Source of the DNA: Gammaproteobacteria bacterium
GTDB lineage: Bacteria > Pseudomonadota > Gammaproteobacteria > CAKMZV01
Reading direction: 5' to 3'
Assembly: GCA_965219665.1 (NCBI GenBank)
Contig: CBDCOD010000019.1
Span: forward strand, 30,070-94,069
Length of the DNA: 64,000 bases
Below, piece after piece: positions 38,494-49,850 of this stretch (positions are counted from its first letter, which is position 1; the number at the start of each line of letters is the position of its first letter). The notes beneath the pieces are model-generated. The model saw only the letters and a list, made by a program, of their open reading frames with translations. It was not told the DNA's origin and ran no database searches. Position numbers and translations under genes: made by a program.

Positions 38494-40401
38494 TTAATTA
38501 GATTGGGTTGGCTGTAAATCGGTGCTTGTTTGTGACTCTGCATTAACCCGTGGATTACTGAGTATATACTCTATATAATCCTGGAAATTAGTGTAAGGTA
38601 AGTCATAATTTTGTAGCGTATAATCAGGCACCTTAGGCTTCAAATCCTCTTCAGCAATCACTCTAAACCCACCACTTAAAAACAGTGGCTTGCCTACAAA
38701 AATCCGACCAGAAAAAGGCACGGTTATATGTGATATGCGAACACGACTATTACTGGTAAAGCCAAAATGGGCGGTAGCAACAAGATTTTGTCGATTTAAC
38801 TGCTCATAGAAATTAAAAGCAACAGATCCTTCTGGCACACTAATAGAGAAGTCTTCTTGATAGTACGCACGCCCAAATGATACCCGCACTATCATCACTT
38901 GCTTTTCAGCATCATAACGCGGGCGCCCATCCAATTCCAACGGCAGAATAAGCGTATTCCCCAATATCTCTTGTACAACATCCTTCACCAATACGTAACG
39001 CCCTTGAATAGCCACATCATTAAATGATTTGGCTCCGTCCCTCAAGGCCGCGATGCGGCGATTCCGTTCATCAACTTGCTCTCGATACTGCCGCAGCACT
39101 TGATCAACAGCATCTAAATATTGACCAGACATACGCCTAATGAATGTAGACTTACTTTCAAAAGGACTTTTCTGAAAAATTTTCGCTGGAGGTAGCAATG
39201 GTTTGGAAACAAAGGGGATGTCATTGCGCTGATTAAGTTTGGCGATACCCTCAGATACTTTGGCTTGGATATCGTCCCAGGGCATATAGCTGTATCCTGT
39301 AGCAGACCAAACCTGCACAGCACTATTATTCCCAGCTATAGCAAATAACCAGTTTCTATTATTAGCAAAAGCTAGTGTATTAGGACGTAGTAAACTGGCA
39401 GTTAAAACCCGAAGTAATTTGCCCTCCGTGCTCCAAACACGAAGAGTATTGTCTAAACCACCAGAAAATAACCACCTACCGTTTGACGACACAGTCAGTC
39501 CAGTAACGTTATCAGTATGCCCTTTAAAACGATGGATAACCGATCCCGTATTAACACTCCAAGCAAATATCAAATTATCATTTCCTGCAGAGAATATTTT
39601 TTGAGAATCTGCGCTGAACTCTAAGGCATTAATAGGTGCACTTTGGCCAATCAAACTGGCTTGCAAAGTATATAAGCGCGTATCCCATACTTGAATGGTA
39701 TTCTTTTGCTCACCTGTGATGCCAGCTGAAGCAAGCATGCGTCCATTGGGCGAAAATGCAAGCGCTTTAACATCCGAAACATCATCAACATTAAATAGCA
39801 GGCTACCTGTACGCGCATCCCAAATAAATAATGTTTTATTCGTATCCGCCACAGCAAGTCTTGTTCCCTTAGGAGAAAAACGCATGGTGCTAACGCCACC
39901 ATGTCCACGTAGAGTATACAGCAGTGCTTTCGCCCCCAAGTCAAATAAATCAACGGTACCATCAGTATAAGCAACAGCAGCAGATTGTCCTTCTGCTGTG
40001 ATTGCAACCGCACTCACTTGCCGATCCAAAGGTACAGAATGAATTACCTCAAAACTGTCCAAACTCCATAAAATTAGACTAGTGCCAGCCCCCACCATCC
40101 ATTTTCCATCTTGAGAAACCGCTATGCGCACAACAGACTCCCCAGAAGCAGAGAGCTCAATTTGGGGATTAGTAGTGCGCCGCCACGCCTGACTAAAACG
40201 TTCAACTGTCCATTGCTTCGCTGAGATACCTTCTACTTCAAAACGATGCAAATATGCTTGTTCATCATTAATTTCTACAGAAGCATCTACTGCTATATGT
40301 TCATCAGGAGACGAAGAACAGCCTATAAGTACTGCAAACAGCGATAGGCCCAAAACGCGTAAAGTTTTTCTGTAATGTAAAGCAACGGATATGTAACGCA
40401 T
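38494..40401 (-). CDS. WD40-repeat lipoprotein with a C-terminal domain of unknown function
   Basis: Lipobox LIGCSS, then multiple WD-like repeats. 635 aa. Confidence 0.55.
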   Translation of the reverse strand: MRYISVALHYRKTLRVLGLSLFAVLIGCSSSPDEHIAVDASVEINDEQAYLHRFEVEGISAKQWTVERFSQAWRRTTNPQIELSASGESVVRIAVSQDGKWMVGAGTSLILWSLDSFEVIHSVPLDRQVSAVAITAEGQSAAVAYTDGTVDLFDLGAKALLYTLRGHGGVSTMRFSPKGTRLAVADTNKTLFIWDARTGSLLFNVDDVSDVKALAFSPNGRMLASAGITGEQKNTIQVWDTRLYTLQASLIGQSAPINALEFSADSQKIFSAGNDNLIFAWSVNTGSVIHRFKGHTDNVTGLTVSSNGRWLFSGGLDNTLRVWSTEGKLLRVLTASLLRPNTLAFANNRNWLFAIAGNNSAVQVWSATGYSYMPWDDIQAKVSEGIAKLNQRNDIPFVSKPLLPPAKIFQKSPFESKSTFIRRMSGQYLDAVDQVLRQYREQVDERNRRIAALRDGAKSFNDVAIQGRYVLVKDVVQEILGNTLILPLELDGRPRYDAEKQVMIVRVSFGRAYYQEDFSISVPEGSVAFNFYEQLNRQNLVATAHFGFTSNSRVRISHITVPFSGRIFVGKPLFLSGGFRVIAEEDLKPKVPDYTLQNYDLPYTNFQDYIEYILSNPRVNAESQTSTDLQPTQSN

Positions 40402-40624
40402 GGTTTGCTCTTATTGATTTTGATATGAAATCCACATACTAAGGCGTAGTTAATTGCTAAATTATATGGTTTTGAGTCAAAAAATACTATTCTATTTATT
40501 AGAGAATATTACAACAGTGTCTTTTTTCTTTAATAAAAAACACAAACAACGCATGCAAATAGGTATAATCAATTGTTGGACAACCATTCAAAAAGAGTTG
40601 TCCTAAACATTAAACTAAGAGGCT

Positions 40625-41107
40625 TTGAGCATGCTAAAAAAAATTTATTTAATCATATTAGGGGCATTATTTGTAGTCGGCTTCCAAACCCAAGTTTGGG
40701 CTGAAGGCTACGGAAAACAGAAGGTAGTCTATCACATCAACTACGATAACCCTAAAAAACAACGGGGCGCGTTGCGAAATATCCAAAACCATATTAATGC
40801 AGTCGGTGCTGACAACTTAGATTTGAAAGTTGTCTTACATGGCAATGGCTTATCATTACTACTGAAACCGGAAGCACTTGCACGAGTCAAAAAAGCTAAA
40901 CACGCCAACGCAGGCACTCTAGAATCTGCTATTGATACCCTAAGGCACCAAGGAGTATCATTTAGTGTGTGCAACAACACACTTCGTGGTCGTAAAATCG
41001 ACTTAGAACGTGATTTGTATGAAGTAACGGAAGCGGACAGAGTACCCAGTGGGGTAGCAGAATTGGCAAAACTACAAGCCCAAGGATACGTATACATCAA
41101 GCCCTAA
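40625..41107 (+). CDS. secreted DsrE/DsrF-like (YchN-fold) protein
   Basis: Signal peptide, then KVVYHINYDNP...KVVLHGNGL...FSVCNN pattern reminiscent of the DsrE family. Confidence 0.4.
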   Translation: MSMLKKIYLIILGALFVVGFQTQVWAEGYGKQKVVYHINYDNPKKQRGALRNIQNHINAVGADNLDLKVVLHGNGLSLLLKPEALARVKKAKHANAGTLESAIDTLRHQGVSFSVCNNTLRGRKIDLERDLYEVTEADRVPSGVAELAKLQAQGYVYIKP

Positions 41108-41185
41108 GCAAGCGCCATCAAAGTTGCCGCTGCTAACCAATTGGCTGCTATTTACGACTGAATATCCTGCCATCAAAGCAATTGG

Positions 41186-42367
41186 ATGATTATTGCAGAT
41201 GATGCCATAATCGGCTTAGACGATTTTTTTTTCAATGAAAAAATCACTTACTACCCATTCAGTGCAATTGATAACGCCCTACTTCGAGCCTCACAGGCTG
41301 ATACACTACTGGTGCGCTCACGCACAAAAATAGATGCTAAGCTACTAAAAGGCACCTCAATCAACTTTATTGGGAGCACCGTTGCAGGACTAGATCACAT
41401 TGATCAGACATGCTTGCAAGACATTCAACTGGCTTGTGCAGCAGGTTGTAACGCACAAAGCGTTGCCGAATACGTCATCACTAACATACTAGACTACGCT
41501 GTACAGCATGGCAAATGCTTGCGCACGCTCACATTGGGTATAGTTGGTGTAGGTGCTGTGGGCAGTCACGTTGCTCAGGCTGCCAATACACTGGGCATAC
41601 AAACACTACTCTGTGACCCCCCACGGGCAGAAACAGAGACCTTCAATCAGTTCTGTGACTTATCAACCTGTCTGCAAGCAGACATTGTGAGTCTGCACAC
41701 CCCTCTGAACAGTGCAGGCAAACACGCAACATACCACCTATTAAATCAGGATAATCTAAAAACGAGCTCTGCCAAAATGCTGATTCAGGCTGCACGAGGC
41801 AACGTGGTAGACGAAGCCGCATTACTGCAAAAATCCTGGCAGTATCTGGCAATAGACTGCTGGGAAAGTGAACCACATGTCTATGCACAACTGGCAATGA
41901 AATCTACTATTGCAACCCCACATATTGCTGGACACTCTTTTGAAGGAAAGTGGCAAGGAACTGCACATGTAGCAAAACACTGGCACGCCTATAAAAACAT
42001 CCCCTATACGCCCCCTCAAATACCGCTAAACCAATCCACGCTATCTATAGATATTAGCACCTTTGACAGCATAGAAGCTGCTCTATTGGCTGTTATGCAA
42101 CAGGTGTATAATCCTAAGAACGATGATTTCCGCTCAAATACAGCAGACCTTGCTACAAGTTTTGAGCACAAGCGCGCCACCTACCCTCAGCGCCTACAAT
42201 GGTGTAATGCATTTATTCAGTTGCACAACATCAATCAGGTGCCATGGGGAACCACCCTACAAAAACACTTAAATAAATTAGGATTTAAAAGTCAGGTGCA
42301 GTCTTCATTTTCGCAACAACTTAACCGAACAACTGGCAGCAAAATCACTATGAAAGGAGGCTGCTAA
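41186..42367 (+). CDS. pdxB: erythronate-4-phosphate dehydrogenase
   Basis: LLVRSRTKIDAKLL...FIGSTVAGLDHID and GIVGVGAVGS are D-2-hydroxyacid dehydrogenase blocks matching PdxB. 393 aa. Confidence 0.75.
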   Translation: MIIADDAIIGLDDFFFNEKITYYPFSAIDNALLRASQADTLLVRSRTKIDAKLLKGTSINFIGSTVAGLDHIDQTCLQDIQLACAAGCNAQSVAEYVITNILDYAVQHGKCLRTLTLGIVGVGAVGSHVAQAANTLGIQTLLCDPPRAETETFNQFCDLSTCLQADIVSLHTPLNSAGKHATYHLLNQDNLKTSSAKMLIQAARGNVVDEAALLQKSWQYLAIDCWESEPHVYAQLAMKSTIATPHIAGHSFEGKWQGTAHVAKHWHAYKNIPYTPPQIPLNQSTLSIDISTFDSIEAALLAVMQQVYNPKNDDFRSNTADLATSFEHKRATYPQRLQWCNAFIQLHNINQVPWGTTLQKHLNKLGFKSQVQSSFSQQLNRTTGSKITMKGGC

Positions 42368-42600
42368 AGCAACGCACACCAAGCACGCTGTATATAAAAA
42401 AACACCCAATGCGCAACACCGGCTGCGCGTAACCGCAGCGCTCAGATTTGCCAAAAAATTATTTTTAACATTGCTCCGATAAAACAACATGCTTGACAGC
42501 CAAATTAAAAACAGAGAAAATGAACTGCCTCATTTTTTAGCAAACAAAATTAAGGTTTTATGCGCACTAAATATTACGTAGCAAGATGGAATAAAAATTC

Positions 42601-43692
42601 ATGAGTACTTTACAAAAAACACCACTGCACCATTTGCATGTACAAGCAGGTGCCAAAATGGGCGCTTTCGCTGGTTTTGACATGCCCCTCTTCTATCCTG
42701 AGGGCGTTGTAAAAGAACACCTACATTGCAGAGCTGAAGTTGGACTCTTTGACATTTCGCATATGTGCCATATTGACATAACCGGCAAGCAAGCCGCAGC
42801 ACTCATCGAGCGCTGCTGTCCAATACCTGCAAGCACACAAGAAATAGGGCGTTCTCGCTATACCTTCCTGTTAAATGAACAAGGGGGGCTGCATGATGAT
42901 TTAATCGTAACCCGCTTAGGTGAAGAACACTTTTTAATTGTAGCAAACGCCGCCTGCGCTCAAGCGGACTTGGCACATATTCAGCAGCAACAAAAAAGCT
43001 TTACAGACGCTACCATCACCGTCAAGCCCTGTGGATTTATAGCCGTCCAAGGTCCTAAAGCAGAAACCGTATTAGAACGATTAGGCATTTCGGTTTCCGA
43101 TATGGACTTTATGTCTATGAAGCCTATGGAAAACGCTGGATGGTATATTGCACGCTCAGGCTACACAGGCGAAGATGGCTTTGAAGTCGCAGCCCCTTCT
43201 GATGAAATAGCCGCTTTTGCAGAAAAATTATTACAAGAGCCTGAAGTGAAGTGGATAGGCTTAGGCGCTCGCGATACACTGCGCTTAGAGGCCGCCTTAC
43301 CCTTATACGGACAAGACTTAGGGCAAGATATAACCGCACATGAGGCGGGCTTACTCTGGGCTATTCCTAAAGAACTGCGCACTGCAGATGCTAACTATAT
43401 CGGCGCAGCCGCTATTAGCCAAAGCATTGCAGAGGGACGCAAGCGCAAACGAGCAGGCTTCGTGGTAGATGGCCGCGTTCCGGTTCGTTCAGGTGATTTA
43501 ATCGATGCCTCAGGCACTATAATTGGTAAGGTTACCTCAGGTAGCGTTGGCAGCACCTTAGGTAAGCCAATGGTTTTGGCTCAGGTATCAGCAGATTTTG
43601 AGGGGGAAGAGGCATGGGTAGAAGTACGCTCTAAAAAAGTGCGCTTACAAGCCCATGCACTGCCTTTTGTAAAACATAACTATAAACGTTAG
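42601..43692 (+). CDS. gcvT: glycine cleavage system aminomethyltransferase T
   Basis: 363 aa, GcvT-like. First gene of a gcvT-H-P cluster. Confidence 0.9.
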   Translation: MSTLQKTPLHHLHVQAGAKMGAFAGFDMPLFYPEGVVKEHLHCRAEVGLFDISHMCHIDITGKQAAALIERCCPIPASTQEIGRSRYTFLLNEQGGLHDDLIVTRLGEEHFLIVANAACAQADLAHIQQQQKSFTDATITVKPCGFIAVQGPKAETVLERLGISVSDMDFMSMKPMENAGWYIARSGYTGEDGFEVAAPSDEIAAFAEKLLQEPEVKWIGLGARDTLRLEAALPLYGQDLGQDITAHEAGLLWAIPKELRTADANYIGAAAISQSIAEGRKRKRAGFVVDGRVPVRSGDLIDASGTIIGKVTSGSVGSTLGKPMVLAQVSADFEGEEAWVEVRSKKVRLQAHALPFVKHNYKR

Positions 43693-43697
43693 GAGTT

Positions 43698-44066
43698 GTG
43701 ATGACAATGTACTATACCGAAACACACGAGTGGGTTGAAAAAAATGGAGACGAGCTAACCGTTGGTTTAGCACGTTTTGCCTTGGAGCAATTAGGGGACT
43801 TAGTCTATATTGAACTGCCCGAAGAAGGCACCGAATTTGAAACAGGCGATGAATGCGCAACCGTAGAGTCGGTTAAGGCTGCATCAGAAGTTTACGCACC
43901 TGTTTGTGGTGTGATAACAGCCGTCAATACCGCTTTAGCAGATGAGCCTGCCAGTGGTTCTTCTGAGGATGAGAAAAGCGCTTGGTTGTTTAAAATGACC
44001 CTTGCTGATGCAAGCGAGTTGGACAATCTACTCAGTGCGGAAGCTTACCAAGCGCAATTAGATTGA
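43698..44066 (+). CDS. gcvH: glycine cleavage system H protein
   Basis: Lipoyl-lysine motif ESVKAAS, 122 aa. Confidence 0.9.
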   Translation: MMTMYYTETHEWVEKNGDELTVGLARFALEQLGDLVYIELPEEGTEFETGDECATVESVKAASEVYAPVCGVITAVNTALADEPASGSSEDEKSAWLFKMTLADASELDNLLSAEAYQAQLD

Positions 44067-44191
44067 TTGACACGGCTCCTATCCGCAGCAAGCCCTGCTT
44101 GCACCACCTAAAATCAGGAATTTTTACCCTTTAATGCTGGCTCGGCACCCTTCAAAAGCTGCCGAGTCTATGCCCATTTTTATTAAAAAAC

Positions 44192-46993
44192 TTGTTTGAT
44201 ATGAATACATTGCCCTCTTTTACACATCGTCATATTGGTCCAAACCAAAAAGAACAACAGCACATGCTGAACGCTCTTGGACTTGATAATATAAAGCAAT
44301 TAATTGATCAAACCATACCTGCGTCTATTCGCCTCAATCGAGACCTTAATCTACCGGAAGGCATTTCAGAAGCGGAAGCATTGGCAGAGCTACGCGCTAT
44401 AATGACACAGAACAATCCCAGCAACTGCTTGATTGGGCAAGGTTACCACCCCTGTGAAACCCCCTCTGTGCTTTTACGCAATCTATTCGAAAACGCAGGC
44501 TGGTACACCGCTTATACGCCGTATCAACCTGAAATTTCACAAGGTCGTCTGGAGCTGCTATTCCACTTTCAAACCCTTATCACTGAACTGACTGGACTGC
44601 CCATCAGCAATGCCTCACTCTTAGATGAAGGAACCGCCATTGCAGAGGCTGTTGGCATGGCATATCGCCAAGCGCGCAGCAAAAAAAGCAAAGTAGTCAT
44701 CGCCAATAGCCTACACCCCCAGTCGTTAGATGTGCTACAAACCCGCGCCAGCACCATTGGCTTTAATCTAAGTACAGACCCAATAGATGACAACACCTGC
44801 GCTTGTGTTATCCAATACCCTGATACCTCAGGCATATTTGGCGATCATACGCAACTCATTGCGCAAGCAAAGGCAGCAGGCGCAACAGTCATCATGGTAA
44901 CAGACCCACTTGCGCTTGTACTCACACAAGCACCCGCTGCTTTAGGAGCAGATATTGCAGTCGGCTCTATACAGCGCTTTGGCGTACCCATGGGCAATGG
45001 GGGGCCGCATGCTGCCTACATCGCCACAACAGAAGATTTTGTACGCATCATGCCCGGTCGCGTGATTGGTGAAAGCATTGATAAACAAGGGAATAAAGCC
45101 TATCGCTTAGCCCTGCAAACGCGTGAACAACACATTCGCCGTGAAAAAGCCACCTCTAATATCTGTACCGCACAAGCGCTATTAGCGAATATGGCAACCG
45201 CCTACGCTATATGGCACGGTAGCGAAGGTCTGCATGAAATAGCACACCGCATCCATACCCAAGCGCTACGCTTTAGAGCAGCCCTACAAGAAAAAGGCTT
45301 TACGGTCTCCACCGGTATGCTGTTTGACACCGTTTCCGTTACAGTACCCAATCAAGCAATCCAATGGCAACAACGCTGCCAAGGTGAAGGATTCCTTATA
45401 CGCCTTATTGATAATAACACCATAGCCCTATCCTTTAATGAGTCCATTACCGAAGAGGACTTAGCAAAAATAGCACAAGTATTTGATGTAACCTGCGCTA
45501 CAGAAGCAACAGCCGAACTCCCTAGCACACGTGATATAAAACGCTTTCTCACCCAACCAGTTTTCCAAGACTATCATTCTGAAACAGAAATGATGCGCTA
45601 CTTGAAACTATTAGAAAACAGAGATTTGGCGTTAAATCGGGCGATGATCCCATTAGGCTCTTGCACCATGAAACTCAATGCAGCAGCTGAAATGCGCCCT
45701 GTATCATGGAGGCATGTGGCAGCCTGTCATCCCTTTGCCCCCCTTTCGCACAACTTAGGCTATCAAAAAATGATAGAAGACCTCGATACTTGGCTCAGCG
45801 AAATCACGGGATTTGCAACCGTCAACATCCAGCCCAATGCAGGGTCTCAAGGCGAATACTCTGGTCTCTTAGCAATTAAGCGCTACCAAGAATCTATCGG
45901 AGAAGGGCATCGTAACATCTGTCTCATCCCCACTTCAGCACACGGCACCAACCCAGCTTCCGCACAAATGGCCGGCTATAAAGTTGTTGCGGTTAAATGC
46001 ATAGACCCCAGTGGTGACATAGACCTTGACCACCTAAAAGCACAATTAGACAAGCACGCAAGCAACGTTGCCGCCATCATGATAACTTACCCCTCCACAC
46101 ATGGTGTTTTTGAGGAAAGCATTGCTGATATATGTGATCTCGTCCATGAAGCGGGCGGACAAGTCTATTTAGATGGTGCGAATATGAACGCCTTAGTAGG
46201 CTTATGCCGCCTGCAAGACTTTGGTGCAGACTGCTGCCACTTAAACCTACACAAAACGTTCTGCATTCCACACGGTGGCGGCGGTCCAGGCATCGGTCCT
46301 GTTGGCTTAGCCGCCCACTTAGCACCCTTTGGACCAGGCCACAAAGAATTAGGTAGTGAGCACCCCGTTGCTTCAGCACCTCATGGCTCTGCATCCATAC
46401 TACCTATACCGTGGATGTACATTCGCTTGCTCGGCTCTGCAGGGCTGCGCCACAGCAGTGAAGTGGCTATCCTCAGCGCTAACTACATCGCCAAACGCCT
46501 GCACGATCACTTCCCTGTTTTATTCACAGGCACAAAAGGACGTGTTGCGCACGAATGTATTTTAGACCCTCGCCGATACAAAGCCGTTGGTGTAAGCGGT
46601 GAAGATATCGCCAAGCGTCTCATGGACTACGGATTCCATGCACCGACCATGTCATGGCCCGTCATTGGCACACTCATGGTAGAGCCAACCGAATCCGAGC
46701 CCTTCTCTGAAGTGGAACGCTTTATTGATGCCATGATTGGCATCCGCGCAGAAATCGCACGCATTGAACAAGGTGAATGGAGCCAAGAAGATAATCCCAT
46801 TGTGAATGCGCCACACACTATGTCTATGGTCTTTGACGACACATGGGAGCACCCATACTCGCGCAAAACAGCTGCATTCCCCTTACCAGATCAAGATCAA
46901 AACAAATACTGGCCAACCGTTGCGCGTGTGGATAATACGCATGGCGACTTGAACTTAGTATGCTCCTGCCCTCCTATGATAGAAGCAGAGTAG
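44192..46993 (+). CDS. gcvP: glycine dehydrogenase (decarboxylating), P protein
   Basis: 933 aa, single-chain GcvP. Confidence 0.95.
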   Translation: MFDMNTLPSFTHRHIGPNQKEQQHMLNALGLDNIKQLIDQTIPASIRLNRDLNLPEGISEAEALAELRAIMTQNNPSNCLIGQGYHPCETPSVLLRNLFENAGWYTAYTPYQPEISQGRLELLFHFQTLITELTGLPISNASLLDEGTAIAEAVGMAYRQARSKKSKVVIANSLHPQSLDVLQTRASTIGFNLSTDPIDDNTCACVIQYPDTSGIFGDHTQLIAQAKAAGATVIMVTDPLALVLTQAPAALGADIAVGSIQRFGVPMGNGGPHAAYIATTEDFVRIMPGRVIGESIDKQGNKAYRLALQTREQHIRREKATSNICTAQALLANMATAYAIWHGSEGLHEIAHRIHTQALRFRAALQEKGFTVSTGMLFDTVSVTVPNQAIQWQQRCQGEGFLIRLIDNNTIALSFNESITEEDLAKIAQVFDVTCATEATAELPSTRDIKRFLTQPVFQDYHSETEMMRYLKLLENRDLALNRAMIPLGSCTMKLNAAAEMRPVSWRHVAACHPFAPLSHNLGYQKMIEDLDTWLSEITGFATVNIQPNAGSQGEYSGLLAIKRYQESIGEGHRNICLIPTSAHGTNPASAQMAGYKVVAVKCIDPSGDIDLDHLKAQLDKHASNVAAIMITYPSTHGVFEESIADICDLVHEAGGQVYLDGANMNALVGLCRLQDFGADCCHLNLHKTFCIPHGGGGPGIGPVGLAAHLAPFGPGHKELGSEHPVASAPHGSASILPIPWMYIRLLGSAGLRHSSEVAILSANYIAKRLHDHFPVLFTGTKGRVAHECILDPRRYKAVGVSGEDIAKRLMDYGFHAPTMSWPVIGTLMVEPTESEPFSEVERFIDAMIGIRAEIARIEQGEWSQEDNPIVNAPHTMSMVFDDTWEHPYSRKTAAFPLPDQDQNKYWPTVARVDNTHGDLNLVCSCPPMIEAE

Positions 46994-47009
46994 GCATACC
47001 TATATCCCC

Positions 47010-47045
47010 CTGCTGCACTGTATTCCCATAAATCCAGTGCAGCAG
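47010..47045 (+). terminator. stem-loop downstream of gcvP, at the core/island junction
   Basis: Perfect 11-bp inverted repeat CTGCTGCACTG ... CAGTGCAGCAG with a 14-nt loop. It lacks a clear T-tract, so it may be a terminator or processing hairpin. Confidence 0.4.
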
Positions 47046-47076
47046 ACACCATGCTGAATACTATTTAAGGAACACC

Positions 47077-47484
47077 ATGCAGGCACGAGGCAGCTGTTTT
47101 TGCGGTAAAGTCCAGTACCAAATAACCGAACATATCGGCATATTTCAATACTGCCACTGCTCACGTTGCCGCAAATTCACGGGCAGCGCACACTCAGCCA
47201 ATCTCATGGTCAACCCACAGCAGTTTGCTTGGCTTAAGGGTGAGCAATACGTAAAACGCCATATACCAACAGAAACCAAACACTTCACTACCTGCTTCTG
47301 TACCGAATGTGGCAGCTCTCTTCCTTGGCTAGCGAAAACAGAAAAAGTCATCGTTATCCCTATGGGCACATTAGACGATAGCATAGACATAATCCCCACT
47401 CAGAATATTTTTTGGGCATCTAAAGCCTGCTGGTACACTGGAACGAATCAACTCCCTAAGCACGACACCCTCCCCACCAAATAA
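47077..47484 (+). CDS. GFA-family (glutathione-dependent formaldehyde-activating / CENP-V-like) Cys-rich protein
   Basis: CFCGKV...CHCSRC...CFCTECG zinc-binding Cys pattern. 135 aa. Confidence 0.55.
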   Translation: MQARGSCFCGKVQYQITEHIGIFQYCHCSRCRKFTGSAHSANLMVNPQQFAWLKGEQYVKRHIPTETKHFTTCFCTECGSSLPWLAKTEKVIVIPMGTLDDSIDIIPTQNIFWASKACWYTGTNQLPKHDTLPTK

Positions 47485-47525
47485 CAGCCTAAACCAAACT
47501 AACTGCCTATAGTCCCCTCATGCAC

Positions 47526-48662
47526 TTAACCTGAGCAGGTCAACTGCACACTACTCTGTATGCTGTAACCCATATCTATCTTACAAATACGGTAATAACG
47601 CGCTATAGACTCCCCTAATATATCCGTTAAGCGCTTATTGATTTTTGACACCACTTCAGATATACGGGGGGATAATTCGTGCTGATCACCTTCACCTACC
47701 CCCCATGTCTTCTTTACATCCTGAAAACGCCCTGCACTAGTAAGTGGCCTTAATAATTTAAGGAACAACGCTGTATCAAAAGCAGTCCAACTGACCCGCT
47801 CATTCACCTCAGTCTTACATAACAACAACTGATAAAAAGCAGCCTGTAGTGGCGGTAACTCCAGTGTTGTACCACCATGCAACATAAAGGACGCTTTCCC
47901 CCTCTCCCAATGAATGCTGGGGGGGTGCTGCATTTGTCTTATATAGCTTTTAATTTCCCCAAAACGCGTAATACGCTGTAAAAACGCTTGCGATAAATTA
48001 TCACGCGCTGACAAAATCGGCAAACTAATCAGTGAAACACGCGCCTCTTTAGCATCTAACGCTTCACCGCTGGCTGTCACAACGGTCTCTTCTCTTGGAT
48101 AATAAAAATCAGAGCACTCATACTGCTTATCAACCAAAACATGCGACAACACATCCTGTGGACGCGCATAAATAGACATTAAATAGCCCAGATAAAAGCT
48201 CATCGTTTTGCGCCCCCCTGCAAGTGAGGCATGCAAAATGCTATCGGTATCAGCCGTAAATTTTTGCACTAAACTGGCAAGCAAATCAGCACATAACACA
48301 CTGTTCTCCACACTATTAACATCCTCAATAATACCATCTGTTGACATAATAGAATGAATCTTAAGCCAATCTTTAGGCATATCCTTTAGCCCAAAATCGG
48401 CACAAAATCGGCGCAAAACACCCCCTTGATCCAGCACACCCAATCGCTGCACACCCACCAGTGTGGTTACCACATGGATCTCAGTTGGTATAAAAGCAGG
48501 CTCTTGCTTAACTAAAGCATACAGTGTCTCCGTAATAACAGATGGACTAACACCTGCCACACACAATAAAATTTTCCGTTCAGTATTCATTTTTAGTACT
48601 GGTTTGCATTCGTATTTACAGCTGGTATTACAGCCCTTTTTATTATCCTGCATTATCGTCAT
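47526..48662 (-). CDS. CARF-domain protein (Csx1/Cas_NE0113-like), C-terminal domain unassigned
   Basis: ILLCVAGVSPSVITETLYAL is the hallmark CARF N-terminal motif, and ASLAGGRKTMSF is the second CARF motif. No obvious R-x4-6-H HEPN motif in the C-terminal ~150 aa. The true start may be the internal Met at 48590. Confidence 0.7.
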   Translation of the reverse strand: MTIMQDNKKGCNTSCKYECKPVLKMNTERKILLCVAGVSPSVITETLYALVKQEPAFIPTEIHVVTTLVGVQRLGVLDQGGVLRRFCADFGLKDMPKDWLKIHSIMSTDGIIEDVNSVENSVLCADLLASLVQKFTADTDSILHASLAGGRKTMSFYLGYLMSIYARPQDVLSHVLVDKQYECSDFYYPREETVVTASGEALDAKEARVSLISLPILSARDNLSQAFLQRITRFGEIKSYIRQMQHPPSIHWERGKASFMLHGGTTLELPPLQAAFYQLLLCKTEVNERVSWTAFDTALFLKLLRPLTSAGRFQDVKKTWGVGEGDQHELSPRISEVVSKINKRLTDILGESIARYYRICKIDMGYSIQSSVQLTCSG

Positions 48663-48896
48663 TCATTACGACAGCAGCAACGTAATTGCAATAACACGTA
48701 TTATCTAAACTATTGCCCCTTCACACCAGCTTTTCAAATAACCACAACATTTCCATCTATTTTGACAACATTGTCCTTTTTTTACAGCAAACTTGCGCTT
48801 ATTGAACTTGCTTCGATGCTCAAGTATAGTGCCGCCCAAGTTTGAGCAGAATACAACTTGCTTCATTTATAAAAAGCCACAACGGAGAAACTCATA

Positions 48897-49682
48897 ATGT
48901 CACAGAAAACCATGTTGCAAAAATTTATACAAAAAAACCTTCACCTAAAAAGATATGCGGCACTCACTATGCTCGCTGGAGCTTTCTTGCTTTCTGGCTG
49001 TGCTGCCATAAAAACCGCAATTGAACACAGTGACTTGGAGGTGCAAACCAAAATGTCTAGCACCATCTTTTTAGAGATAAGTGATACGCTAGAAAAAACC
49101 ATATACGTTGACATCCGCAACACCAGTGACAAGCCCATCAATGTATCTCCAGCCATCCAAACGGCGCTTCAGAAAAAAGGCTACACAATCGTTACTAAAC
49201 CCAAAGATGCCTTTTACTTCTTACAGGGCAACATCTTATATGTCGGCGAAAAAAGCCCCTCTGCACTACAAGACCAAATGGCAGCAGGCTATGGTGCTAA
49301 TGGTGCAGGCGTTGCAACGGGAGCTGCAGTCGGAATTCTGGCGTCTAGATCTGGAAACCGTGGAGAAGCTGCTGTAGCAGGCGCGGTCGTTGGCGGCGCT
49401 ATTGAAGTCATCTCTGGCTCGCTGGTAGAAAACGTAACCTACTCCATGCTAACCGATATTCAAATATCAGAGCGCTCATCCGAAATAGTTGCTCAGACTC
49501 AAGAAAGCAATTTAAAGCAAGGCGAATCCTCCAGCGTGAAGCAAAGCAGTAGTAGGCAAACCAATCGCAAAAAGTACCAAACGCGCATTCTATCCAGTGC
49601 TAACCAAGTCAACTTAGACTGGGAGGCAGCAAGACCCGCTTTAGAAGAAGGCTTAGCAAAATCCATATCAGGTATTTTCTAA
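48897..49682 (+). CDS. traT: TraT complement-resistance / surface-exclusion outer-membrane lipoprotein homolog
   Basis: Lipobox LLSGC, then AIKTAIEHSDLEVQTKMSSTIFLE... and ...KYQTRILSSANQVNLDWEAARPALEEGLAKSISGIF. These parallel F-plasmid TraT nearly block for block ([24 protein letters not shown]... [37 protein letters not shown]). GGAG SD 7 nt upstream. Confidence 0.85.
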   Translation: MSQKTMLQKFIQKNLHLKRYAALTMLAGAFLLSGCAAIKTAIEHSDLEVQTKMSSTIFLEISDTLEKTIYVDIRNTSDKPINVSPAIQTALQKKGYTIVTKPKDAFYFLQGNILYVGEKSPSALQDQMAAGYGANGAGVATGAAVGILASRSGNRGEAAVAGAVVGGAIEVISGSLVENVTYSMLTDIQISERSSEIVAQTQESNLKQGESSSVKQSSSRQTNRKKYQTRILSSANQVNLDWEAARPALEEGLAKSISGIF

Positions 49683-49850
49683 GCCCTATTACGCGATAGC
49701 TTCCAGCGTGTGGTGCTGCTTAAACCTCAAGTTGCACCACACTTTATAAAAGAATACCAACCAAGAGCCATAAGAGGACGATATGACCACACAAAAGTTA
49801 CCACAGCCGCAGGCGATCGGTAACCAACAGCATACAAAAGGAGATATATT

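Noticed and set aside
42370-42600. Possible glycine riboswitch upstream of gcvT
   Set aside because: I could not find the conserved tandem-aptamer cores (GGAGAG / ACCGAAGG / CUCUGGAGAG-like blocks). Only a generic hairpin (GGCTGCG...CGCAGC at ~42420-42445) is present, and it looks more like a pdxB terminator.
46994-47530. tRNA gene at the core/island junction (a common integration site)
   Set aside because: No cloverleaf-compatible segment or GTTCxAxxC T-loop motif is seen between gcvP and the CARF gene. Only the 11-bp inverted repeat at 47010-47045 and the GFA gene are there.
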